Made by a program: the position numbers and the translations under genes. The notes beneath the pieces are model-generated. The model saw nothing but the letters and a program-made list of their open reading frames with translations, was not told the origin of the DNA and made no database searches. This document shows, piece after piece, positions 27,663 to 35,742 of a stretch of DNA of 64,000 bases; within the stretch, counting starts at the first letter, position 1, and every line of letters starts with the position of its first letter. The stretch spans positions 1,122-65,121 of the forward strand of contig JBBDKX010000035.1 of the NCBI GenBank assembly GCA_040879145.1. The letters are read 5' to 3'. The DNA is from Candidatus Spechtbacterales bacterium. GTDB taxonomy: Bacteria; Patescibacteriota; Minisyncoccia; Spechtbacterales; 2-12-FULL-38-22.

Positions 27663-28982
27663 TTAAAATTTGAAATTTGAAATTTGCGATGCGTCAACTG
27701 TGTTGAGCGGTGCTTCATAATTTATTCTCTCTATGTCCGCCCCAAGACTGCGTAACCTTTCTTCTATCCTCTCATAGCCCCTGTCTACCTGGTAAGCATT
27801 TTCTAATATGGTTTCTCCTTCTGCAATCAGTCCCGCAATGATAAGAGACATCCCTCCTCTTATATCTTCTCCCCGTATGGTTACACCCCTGAGTTTTGTG
27901 GGGCCTATTACTTCAGCTCTGTGATCATCCATTATATTAACCTTAGCTCCCATTTTCTGCAATTCCTTAAGATAGCTCAAACGCCTTTCATAAAGAGGAT
28001 CGTGCACAATAGTAGACCCCTGCGTCTGTGTAGCCAGTACACCTATGGGAGATTGAAGGTCTGTGGGAACTCCCGGGTATATCATCATCTGCATTTTAGG
28101 CATAAACAACTGCCTCGCCTTTCTTACAAATACAGTTCTTTGGTCTTCAATTGTAAAATCGGCTCCAAATCTTTTTAGTTTTTGCAGAAAAAGCTCAAGA
28201 TGGGAAAGTGGAAAATCATGTATACGCAGGGCTCCTCCGGCACACAACGCGGTCACAATAAATGTTCCCGCCTCTATATAATCCCGCACCACCTCATGTT
28301 CTGCTCCATAGAGAGCTGTCCTGCCTGTAATGATTGCTCTGTGGTTGGGCAAAAGATGAATGTCCGCGCCCATTTTATTCAGAAATTCAACAAGATTTTC
28401 TATGTGCGGTTCTGTAGCTAATATTGAAACTTCAATTTTATAAGGAAGAAGACTTGCCGCCATCAATAAATTTTCTGATGCCGTTACACTAAATTCATCC
28501 AGAACAACCTTTCTGACAATCGGGACCTTCGGGGTTTTGCGTATAGTAAAGTATCCCTCTTCGGCAATCACCTCATATCCGAGATCGGAAAAAACATTAA
28601 AATGAGTATCGAGACCGCGCGCGCCTATTTTGTCACCCCCCGGATAAGGCATTCTAACCTCGCCAAATCGTCCCAAAAGAGGACCTATAAAAACAACGGA
28701 AGATCGCAACTCCCTAACCATGTCTGCCGGCATTTTATTAGGATCTATGTTGCTGTTGTCTATGGCAACAACACCTTCCTCGCGCTTTATTCGCGCCCCC
28801 ATCTTTTCCAAAATTGCCAGCATAACATTAACATCACGAATATCAGGCAACCCCTTCAAAACACATTGATGGGATGTAAGCAAAGTAGCCGCAACCAGCT
28901 TTGTTGCAGCGTTTTTCGAGCCCTGGACACTAATCTCTCCTTCCAGTACCCGTCCGCCGCGGATTCTAAACGCCTCCATCAT
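27663..28982 (-). CDS. murA: UDP-N-acetylglucosamine 1-carboxyvinyltransferase
   Basis: GSKNAATKLVAATLL, catalytic Cys-containing loop, EPT fold repeats; ORF-track start 29018 is TTG, ATG at 28982/28979 more likely. Confidence 0.85.
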   Translation of the reverse strand: MMEAFRIRGGRVLEGEISVQGSKNAATKLVAATLLTSHQCVLKGLPDIRDVNVMLAILEKMGARIKREEGVVAIDNSNIDPNKMPADMVRELRSSVVFIGPLLGRFGEVRMPYPGGDKIGARGLDTHFNVFSDLGYEVIAEEGYFTIRKTPKVPIVRKVVLDEFSVTASENLLMAASLLPYKIEVSILATEPHIENLVEFLNKMGADIHLLPNHRAIITGRTALYGAEHEVVRDYIEAGTFIVTALCAGGALRIHDFPLSHLELFLQKLKRFGADFTIEDQRTVFVRKARQLFMPKMQMMIYPGVPTDLQSPIGVLATQTQGSTIVHDPLYERRLSYLKELQKMGAKVNIMDDHRAEVIGPTKLRGVTIRGEDIRGGMSLIIAGLIAEGETILENAYQVDRGYERIEERLRSLGADIERINYEAPLNTVDASQISNFKF

Positions 28983-29141
28983 TGGAATTATAATATCACC
29001 TGAATTTATGAAATACAAGTTGATTTTTGCCTGCTTTTATTATACAAAAATATAAGGTTAAATTTTGTTGTAATTGCTAACTTGTATTGATAATATACAG
29101 TAGTGGAACAAAAATATTCATCTGCAATACTGCACTAAAAA

Positions 29142-30569
29142 ATGCGCTACAAAACACGAAGAAATTTATTTATACTTTTTACCCTGCTGTTTTTTGTAAG
29201 TATAGTCCCTGTTATTTTATACACACAAGGATATCGTCTCGATACTCAAAAACTAACCCTGACAAAAACAGGCGGTCTTGATTTAAATGTTATAAATTCA
29301 GGTTCGGAAGTATATTTAAACGGCAAGTTCCAAAGAGAAACAAATTTTATTTTTAGAAATGCCGTATTTAGAAACATACTTCCTGGAGATTACAATATAG
29401 AAATAAAAAAGGATGGATACCATGCATGGCAAAAAACAGAAGCAGTCAAAGAAGGACAAGTAACCAAATTCACCACAATACGCCTTTTTCCTGTTGAACT
29501 GACAGGGGGAATATTGATGAAAGACGTCCAAAATATATTTATATCCCCAAATGAAAAATATTCAATAATCCAAACTCCATCCCCTGCAACTACGGAGGGA
29601 GAAACAACAAGCCAGCTTACATACTATGACTTAAATGTAAGACTGCCCATACCTTTACTTACGATACAATCCGATGAAGTAATACGAAGCGTTAAGTGGT
29701 CTCCTTCCGGAATATTTTCAATTTTAATAGACGATAATATAAATTCCACACTATATACAGGAGCCGGAGCTGAGGGAGAAGTAGGTCTCGTAAACTGGAG
29801 TGTGTTTTTAAGAAGGAGTTATCCCACAGCTTTTAATGAAGATGCTATAGTACTACCCGACAATTCCAGGGACGTAATATACGTAATGACACTTGAAGAG
29901 GATGACACATATTCCCTAAACAGGGTGGAGTTAACCCAGGGTATAATACGTCCGGATATAGTAACCGGTATATTGGGATTTACCATAGCAGACGAGAATA
30001 TGTTTTACCTGGATGAACTCGGGTCTTTAAAAAGAACAAACATATCCGGTAGAGACACTGTGGAAATCACGCCAACCGCGATATCAAATCCCCGAAAAGA
30101 TTTGACCAAAATAATTGTACGCGGAGACAGGCGCGCCATTGCTGTAATAAACAGTGGAGCTTTGTTTATTTGGCAGGAAGACCAACCACTGGAAAAAGCG
30201 GATGACGGAGTGATAAACGCCTCTTTCTCTCCCGACAATAATAAAATACTCTATACAAAAAAAGATGAAGCGGCTATTTACTGGACTGAAGATGTTTTTG
30301 GACCGCCAAAACATCTTATCGGAGACATAGAAAGAGTACCATTTGAAAACATAAATAATGCCGCGTGGGTAGGATACGAGTCAAATCATATTGTCTTACA
30401 ATCACCCACCAGTATTATGTTTACGGAATTAGATGAAAGAGGCGGCAGAAATACAGCCGAATACAATGTTTTAACCGAAGAAAGCGGAGTTTTTGCATCC
30501 AATTTAGAACGCCAGGAGGTCTATACCTTGCTTCCGGATAAAAACTTCGTATTTCTTAAATACGAATAG
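29142..30569 (+). CDS. membrane-anchored PEGA-domain protein with beta-propeller (TolB-like) C-terminal region
   Basis: N-terminal TM; PEGA-like VYLNGK...LPGDYNIEIKKDGY...W; FSPDNNKILY repeats. Confidence 0.55.
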   Translation: MRYKTRRNLFILFTLLFFVSIVPVILYTQGYRLDTQKLTLTKTGGLDLNVINSGSEVYLNGKFQRETNFIFRNAVFRNILPGDYNIEIKKDGYHAWQKTEAVKEGQVTKFTTIRLFPVELTGGILMKDVQNIFISPNEKYSIIQTPSPATTEGETTSQLTYYDLNVRLPIPLLTIQSDEVIRSVKWSPSGIFSILIDDNINSTLYTGAGAEGEVGLVNWSVFLRRSYPTAFNEDAIVLPDNSRDVIYVMTLEEDDTYSLNRVELTQGIIRPDIVTGILGFTIADENMFYLDELGSLKRTNISGRDTVEITPTAISNPRKDLTKIIVRGDRRAIAVINSGALFIWQEDQPLEKADDGVINASFSPDNNKILYTKKDEAAIYWTEDVFGPPKHLIGDIERVPFENINNAAWVGYESNHIVLQSPTSIMFTELDERGGRNTAEYNVLTEESGVFASNLERQEVYTLLPDKNFVFLKYE

Positions 30570-30584
30570 GAAAGAATACCTTTT

Positions 30585-30640
30585 ACGCGTGAACAAACTA
30601 AAAGCTCCGGATGTTCGGAGCTTTTAGTTTGTTCACGCGT
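30585..30640. repeat. perfect 25-bp inverted repeat with 6-nt loop
   Basis: acgcgtgaacaaactaaaagctccg-gatgtt-cggagcttttagtttgttcacgcgt; no U-tract either side. Confidence 0.8.
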
Positions 30641-30650
30641 AAATACAAAC

Positions 30651-30743
30651 CTACTTTTTCTTTCGGTGTCTCATTCGCCTGCGCATCTTCTTTCTTTTGC
30701 GCCTTTTAACAGATTTTCTTTTGTTTTTTAACTTAGTACCCAT
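30651..30743 (-). CDS. candidate 30-aa highly basic peptide (MGTKLKNKRKSVKRRKRKKMRRRMRHRKKK)
   Basis: my translation of minus strand; not in ORF track (<60 aa); lies between rpsI and the 25-bp palindrome. Confidence 0.3.
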   Translation of the reverse strand: MGTKLKNKRKSVKRRKRKKMRRRMRHRKKK

Positions 30744-30764
30744 GATATTTTATTCACTTTGTTC

Positions 30765-30894
30765 ATAAAAAGTATAGAGTATGCAGTATACAATATACAG
30801 GAGTGCTTTGTAATTAGCTTTGCTGAATACTCTATACTATATACTCTATACTTGAACGAGCGCGAAGCGTGAGTTTTAAGCTCGCTTCGCGAGT
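30765..30894. repeat. ~120-bp palindromic intergenic repeat, family A copy 1
   Basis: agtatagagtatgcagtatacaatatacaggagtgctttgtaattagctttgctgaatactctatactatatactctatacttgaacgagcgcgaagcgtgag. Confidence 0.8.
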
Positions 30895-31407
30895 TTATCG
30901 CTTGCTCCACTGTGGAGCTTTGCGAGCTTTTTTAAGTCCGTATTTCTTTCTTTCCTTTTCTCTCGGATCTCTCTTGAGAAATCCGGATTTTTTAAGGCGA
31001 AGTCTCATTTCTGCGTCATATTTTACAACCGCACGCGCAAGTCCGTGCCGTATCGCCTCTGCTTGTCCCCTGGAGCCTCCCCCATTAACAATTACGGACA
31101 CTTCAAACTTCTCAAGCATCTTAAGTTTGCGCAAGGGTCCGTTAGCTGCTGTAATCAAATCTTCTGTAGGAAGATATTTTGTATGGTCTTCACCGTTTAT
31201 GGTAAATTTGCCGGAACCATTGTCCCAAATACGCACACGGGCAACAGAAGATTTCCTTCTTCCCACTCCCTCAAAATACTTACCTTCTTTTTTTACGGTC
31301 TTTTTAGCTTTTGCCGGAACTGCCTTCTTTGCAGTTGTTTTCTTGGCCTTAGCCGGAGTTTTTTTCTTTGCGGTTGTTTTAGTTTCTGCCATTTTTTTAT
31401 TTTTCAA
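30895..31407 (-). CDS. rpsI: 30S ribosomal protein S9 with ~45-aa Lys/Ala/Thr-rich N-terminal extension
   Basis: GRRKSSVARV ... RDPREKERKKYGLKKARKAPQWSKR. Confidence 0.95.
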   Translation of the reverse strand: MKNKKMAETKTTAKKKTPAKAKKTTAKKAVPAKAKKTVKKEGKYFEGVGRRKSSVARVRIWDNGSGKFTINGEDHTKYLPTEDLITAANGPLRKLKMLEKFEVSVIVNGGGSRGQAEAIRHGLARAVVKYDAEMRLRLKKSGFLKRDPREKERKKYGLKKARKAPQWSKR

Positions 31408-31819
31408 CTATTAATCTCTTCATTCTGCCTTTTCTTAGGCGGTTGTCAGGCAACATTCTCTCAACGGCTTTTCTTATAACCCATGTAGGGTCCTTTTCGA
31501 ACATCTCCTCATATGTCTTGCCATAAATTCCGCCTGGATACCCTGAATAATGCCAGTAGATCTTGTCGGTCTTTTTCTTTCCTGTCACCTTGACCTTCTT
31601 GGCATTAACAACTTTGACGACGGTATCATCATCCATATTAGGCTTATAAGCAGGGCTGTGTTTTCCCTGCAAATATACAGCTATTTCCGTAGAAAGGCGT
31701 CCCAAAATCTGCCCCTTGGCATCCAGTTCAATAACCTCTTTCTTGCTTTCTGTTTTTTTTGAGGTTTTAGTTGTTATTTTCTTTTTACTCATATTTTTGA
31801 TTACACTATTTGATTGCAC
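31397..31819 (-). CDS. rplM: 50S ribosomal protein L13
   Basis: GQILGRLSTEIAVYLQGKH...PGGIYGKT. Confidence 0.95.
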   Translation of the reverse strand: MQSNSVIKNMSKKKITTKTSKKTESKKEVIELDAKGQILGRLSTEIAVYLQGKHSPAYKPNMDDDTVVKVVNAKKVKVTGKKKTDKIYWHYSGYPGGIYGKTYEEMFEKDPTWVIRKAVERMLPDNRLRKGRMKRLIVEK

Positions 31820-31895
31820 TGATGATAACTGATATCACTGATGATTTTTATCTGCTATCTGCGAAATCAGCTATTATCAGTGAAATCTGAAGCCT
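31801..31895. repeat. cactgatRa...gatgattttta repeat family copy 2
   Basis: cactgatgataactgatatcactgatgatttttatctgctatctgcgaaatcagctattatcagtg. Confidence 0.55.
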
Positions 31896-32245
31896 TACTC
31901 AACAAATTCAATAATTGCCCTTTTAGCAGCATCTCCCCTACGCACTCCCCTTTTTACTATTCTTGTATAGCCACCGGGTCTCTCTTTAAAGCGCGGCCCT
32001 ATCTCTTTTAGTAACTTCTCAACGATCTCTCCTGTAAATTCACGGTTCAACATTCTGCGTACATGCAGAGAATCATTACCGCTCTTTGTAACCAACTTTT
32101 CAATAAAAGGGCGAAGTTCTTTTGCTTTAGCCTCTGTAGTTTCTATTCTTTCATTTTTAACCAAAGCCTCCGCAAGAGAGCGAATTAACGCTTCGCGCTG
32201 GTCTTTCTTTCTATGAAATTTTCGTCCTTTTACAGATTTTTTCAT
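31895..32245 (-). CDS. rplQ: 50S ribosomal protein L17
   Basis: L17 family sequence. Confidence 0.95.
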   Translation of the reverse strand: MKKSVKGRKFHRKKDQREALIRSLAEALVKNERIETTEAKAKELRPFIEKLVTKSGNDSLHVRRMLNREFTGEIVEKLLKEIGPRFKERPGGYTRIVKRGVRRGDAAKRAIIEFVE

Positions 32246-32253
32246 ATTTAAAA

Positions 32254-33048
32254 TTATTTCTTCTTCTTAGCTGCAGGCTTCTTCTTTGCAGTTGTTTTCT
32301 TGGTGGCTGTCTTCTTGGCTGTAGCTTTTTTCTTTGTTGCAACTTTCTTCTTTTTCTTGCCCTGTAGTTCCTGTAAAACGTTGAAGTGATTAACAAGAAC
32401 ACCTACTGCGTGCTCAAACGCGTCCTCAGGATCAATTGTTCCATCAGTTACAATTTCAAGTACCAACTTATGATAGTCGGTCCTATCTCCAACTCGCATG
32501 TTTTCCACTTCAAAATTAACCTTTTTAACGGGAGTGAATACCGAGTCAAGACTAATTACTCCTATCTCTTTCTTCTCTTCATCTTCTTGATTTTGAACAT
32601 AGCCTAAACCGGACTCTACTTTTAACTCCATCTCAAAAGTTGTTTTTGGCGAAGTTATGCTCGCTATATGTAAATCTTTGTTTATTATTTCAACCTGGGA
32701 GGGTGTTTCAATATCTCCCGCCTTTATATCCTTTGGACCTTTCACTTTCAATTTAAGAGTCCTGGGCTCTGAACCATGAAGTTTTAATCTTATCTGCTTA
32801 AGATTAAGACTTAGTTCAATTCCGTCTTCAAGTACGCCGTCTATTGTTGAAAATTCGTGTGGAACTCCCGCTATTTTTACTGATGTTATAGCAGCTCCCG
32901 GCAAAGATGCGTACAACGCGCGTCTTAAGGCATTTCCTATTGTAGATCCAAATCCAGGATAAAGCTCGCTAATCTCAATAACGGCTCTGCTGTCGCTCTT
33001 TTCTACAACTTTAGGTTTTTTGGGCAATGATAGTGAAACTGATTCCAT
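32254..33048 (-). CDS. rpoA: DNA-directed RNA polymerase alpha subunit, N-terminal domain only, with Lys-rich tail instead of alpha-CTD
   Basis: alpha-NTD motifs GNALRRALYASLPG; ends GKKKKKVATKKKATAKKTATKKTTAKKKPAAKKKK. Confidence 0.9.
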   Translation of the reverse strand: MESVSLSLPKKPKVVEKSDSRAVIEISELYPGFGSTIGNALRRALYASLPGAAITSVKIAGVPHEFSTIDGVLEDGIELSLNLKQIRLKLHGSEPRTLKLKVKGPKDIKAGDIETPSQVEIINKDLHIASITSPKTTFEMELKVESGLGYVQNQEDEEKKEIGVISLDSVFTPVKKVNFEVENMRVGDRTDYHKLVLEIVTDGTIDPEDAFEHAVGVLVNHFNVLQELQGKKKKKVATKKKATAKKTATKKTTAKKKPAAKKKK

Positions 33049-33219
33049 ATTTTTTATTTCCTACCTGCGTCGCATTTTGCAACACGGCAGGCAGGCGCTT
33101 CGCTCACATAACCGCTGATATATGCTAATTTTGCGGATTTTATGCAGATAGTATCCGCATTAATCTGCTTTAATCCGTATTAATCCGCGGTTTAAGCGAA
33201 GCGTTAGTGAGCTTAATTA

Positions 33220-33711
33220 TTATCGTGAATAAAACTCTATAACTGTTTGAAAATTAAACGGCTGTATTTGTTCTTTAATATCAGGTAAAGATTTTACCTT
33301 TAACTCCTTTTTCTTTTTATCTAAAACCAACCATGATGGAGGATTGAGGTTCTTTACTCTTATCTCGTAATCGGCAAATATTCCCTTTACAGCGCTTGTT
33401 TCTTTGACTGTTATAATATCGCCAGGGCGCACCTGATAAGATGCTATGGTAACCTTCTTTCCGTTTACTTGCATATGCCCATGGCTTATAAGCTGCCTTG
33501 CCATCCGCCGTGTTGGCGTGAATCCTCCCGCAAAAACAATGCTATCCAGACGAAATTCAAGTAAAGAAAAGATATTTTCGGGCTTTTGTCCCTTATCAAA
33601 ATACCGCCTGAATTGCTTTTCGCGCAACCCATACTCTTCGCGGATTTTCTGTTTTTCCGCAAGCTGTAAACCGTACTCTGATTTTTGTCTTGGTCTTCCT
33701 CCTTTTGCCAT
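33220..33711 (-). CDS. rpsD: 30S ribosomal protein S4 (short form)
   Basis: S4 domain RLDSIVFAGGFTPTRRMARQLISHGHMQVNGKKV. Confidence 0.9.
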   Translation of the reverse strand: MAKGGRPRQKSEYGLQLAEKQKIREEYGLREKQFRRYFDKGQKPENIFSLLEFRLDSIVFAGGFTPTRRMARQLISHGHMQVNGKKVTIASYQVRPGDIITVKETSAVKGIFADYEIRVKNLNPPSWLVLDKKKKELKVKSLPDIKEQIQPFNFQTVIEFYSR

Positions 33712-33809
33712 AATAATTATTTGTGGCTAAGCCCTTTGGGCCGCCATCCCGGCCGTTAGGCCTAGGGACTTCACTCACAAATTTAGGATTTAGGAATTAG
33801 GAGATAGGA

Positions 33810-33862
33810 GTTAGCTTTTTTTACGTTTTCTAATTCCTATTTCCTAAGCCCTAATTCCTGCG
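33810..33862. repeat. tttttttacgttttctaattcctaWttYctaa...ttcctgcgagc repeat (copy 1)
   Basis: cf. 34487..34545. Confidence 0.6.
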
Positions 33863-33874
33863 AGCTTTAGTGAG

Positions 33875-34312
33875 TTATACTCTTCTTCTTTTAGCCGGCC
33901 TGCATCCATTGTGGGGCAGTGGCGTAACATCTTTAATTGCAGTAACATTCAACCCTTTGCCCGTTAAAGCTCTGACAGAAGAATCTCTGCCGGCCCCTAT
34001 CCCTGTAACATAGATATGCACCTCTTTCATGTCAACATTTTCCAATTTACTTAAAAGTATGTCTACAACCTGTGTCGCGGCATACGGAGTAGCCTTTCTC
34101 GGTCCCTTAAAGCCCGCGGCACCCGCAGTTGACCACGCCAAAACATTGCCGTCCTGGTCTGAAGCGGTAAGCATTGTATTGTTGTAACTTGCGCGCACAT
34201 AAATATTCCCTCGTTCAACTATACGAGCTTTCTTTTTATTCTTGGCTTTCTGAGCGTCCGTTTTGGATGCCTGATCGCCTGCTTCAACTATTGCTACACG
34301 TTTTTTACCCAT
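33875..34312 (-). CDS. rpsK: 30S ribosomal protein S11 with Lys-rich N-terminal extension
   Basis: S11 family core; C-terminal region GIGAGRDSSVRAL. Confidence 0.95.
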   Translation of the reverse strand: MGKKRVAIVEAGDQASKTDAQKAKNKKKARIVERGNIYVRASYNNTMLTASDQDGNVLAWSTAGAAGFKGPRKATPYAATQVVDILLSKLENVDMKEVHIYVTGIGAGRDSSVRALTGKGLNVTAIKDVTPLPHNGCRPAKRRRV

Positions 34313-34317
34313 AATTT

Positions 34318-34356
34318 TTTGTCCCGATACCGCCCGAATCTTTGATTCGCCTGCCT
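34318..34356 (-). promoter_or_regulatory. conserved leader motif directly upstream of rpsK ATG (gcgaatcaaagattcgggcggtatcgggacaaaaaatt)
   Basis: same motif as upstream of proS; preceded by CCTGCCTGCC hairpin. Confidence 0.55.
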
Positions 34357-34486
34357 GCCGGTTTACATGCCGATTGGCATGCAGGCAGGCTCACAAAAAG
34401 TGAACAGTAAGCAGTGAACAATTAACAACAGGGCTCCGTTTTTTCTTTTCTACTGTTTCCTGTTCACTGTTTACTGTTATCTGCGA

Positions 34487-34545
34487 GCTTTAGTTTTTTT
34501 ACGTTTTCTAATTCCTAATTTCTAATTCCTAATTCCTGCGAGCCT
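34487..34545. repeat. tttttttacgttttctaattcc... repeat (copy 2)
   Basis: gagctttagtttttttacgttttctaattcctaatttctaattcctaattcctgcgagc. Confidence 0.6.
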
Positions 34546-34615
34546 GTCTGCGTGCGTTCACCTGTCTGCCGTGCTTGCGGCACAGGTAGACGCACAGGCA
34601 GGCGTTAGTGAGCTA

Positions 34616-35005
34616 TTAAGTTGCGGATGGGGGCGGTTTTCTTCCCGATCCCACTGTGGTTCTTTTATTTCCGCGAACTGTCCTGGAATTAACACGCGTC
34701 CTCTGTCCACGGACGGGAAGTCCTTTCTGGTGTCTTGAACCCCTGTATGTACCTATATCTTTAAGACGCTTTACGTTCTCACGAACATCTCTCCTTAAAT
34801 CACCTTCTATCAAATGTCCTTCAGATATGGCGTTCCTAAGTTGGTTAAGCTGATCGCCTGTAAGATCCTTTATTCTTATGTTTTCGTCTATGCCTGCATC
34901 CTTAAGTATCTTGCGACTCAAAGTACGCCCTATGCCATGCACATAAGTAAGGGCAATAACTACTCTTTTATTGTCCGGAATCTCAACTCCTGCTATTCTT
35001 GCCAT
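34616..35005 (-). CDS. rpsM: 30S ribosomal protein S13
   Basis: [10 protein letters not shown]...[25 protein letters not shown]. Confidence 0.95.
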   Translation of the reverse strand: MARIAGVEIPDNKRVVIALTYVHGIGRTLSRKILKDAGIDENIRIKDLTGDQLNQLRNAISEGHLIEGDLRRDVRENVKRLKDIGTYRGSRHQKGLPVRGQRTRVNSRTVRGNKRTTVGSGRKPPPSAT

Positions 35006-35011
35006 AATGAT

Positions 35012-35129
35012 TTTATCCTTGCCTTTGTTTATGCTTCGGATTTGTTTTGCATATCACATAAACACGGCCCTTCCTACGAACAACCTTGCATTGATTGCAT
35101 ATTTTTTTTACCGAAGCTCTAACTTTCAT
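35012..35129 (-). pseudogene. rpmJ: 50S ribosomal protein L36 gene with 1-nt frameshift at A8 tract (as sequenced)
   Basis: my translation: [10 protein letters not shown] then +1 frame [28 protein letters not shown]; 118 nt = 39 codons + 1. Confidence 0.7.
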
Positions 35130-35141
35130 AATTTAGGTCCT

Positions 35142-35363
35142 TTATTTAAAACGATAAACAATTCTACCTCTGCTTTCACCCTCGGAAGGTATTTCTATTT
35201 TAACCCTGTCACCGACCAAAATACGTATCCTGTGTATTCTCATTTTCCCGGATACATATGATAGTACTTCACGCCCGTCCTCCAGCTCTACACGAAACAG
35301 GGTGTTTGGGAATGCTTCTAAAACAACCCCTTCTATACTTTCTATATTATTGTTTTGTGCCAT
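35142..35363 (-). CDS. infA: translation initiation factor IF-1
   Basis: S1-like OB fold, EGVVLEAFPNTLFRVELEDGREVLSYVSGKMR. Confidence 0.95.
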   Translation of the reverse strand: MAQNNNIESIEGVVLEAFPNTLFRVELEDGREVLSYVSGKMRIHRIRILVGDRVKIEIPSEGESRGRIVYRFK

Positions 35364-35631
35364 AAAGTGACTATGTTGAACTCAAATCTATTAAACTCAG
35401 ACCTCTACAATGATAACAAAATAAAAAAAATAGGTCAACCCCCACACCAATTTATGGGATTTCTTAGCTACTATAATGAAATTATTGACGGTATAACAAA
35501 TTGGTAGTGGGGGTCAACCCCTATTTTTAATAGGTCCCTAGGCCTTTGGCTGGTGGCTAGGCGTAAAGCCGCCATCCCGGCTCTGCCTAGGGAGATCCCG
35601 GCCCGCCCGCGCGGGTCTAGGGACTTCGCTT

Positions 35632-35742
35632 CACGAAAAGTACAAAGTATACAGTATTTGATATGCAGGGGTGCTTTATAATTAGCTTTGCTTAATACTA
35701 TATACTGCATACTGTATACTTGAACGAGCGAAGCGAGCTTAA
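35632..35742. repeat. family A palindromic intergenic repeat copy 2
   Basis: cacgaaaagtacaaagtatacagtatttgatatgcaggggtgctttataattagctttgcttaatactatatactgcatactgtatacttgaacgagcgaagcgagc. Confidence 0.8.

Noticed and set aside
35471-35710. 79-aa ORF between infA and the 607-aa gene
   Set aside because: It lies entirely within the family A repeat and flanking palindromes, with no RBS; translation of repeat DNA.
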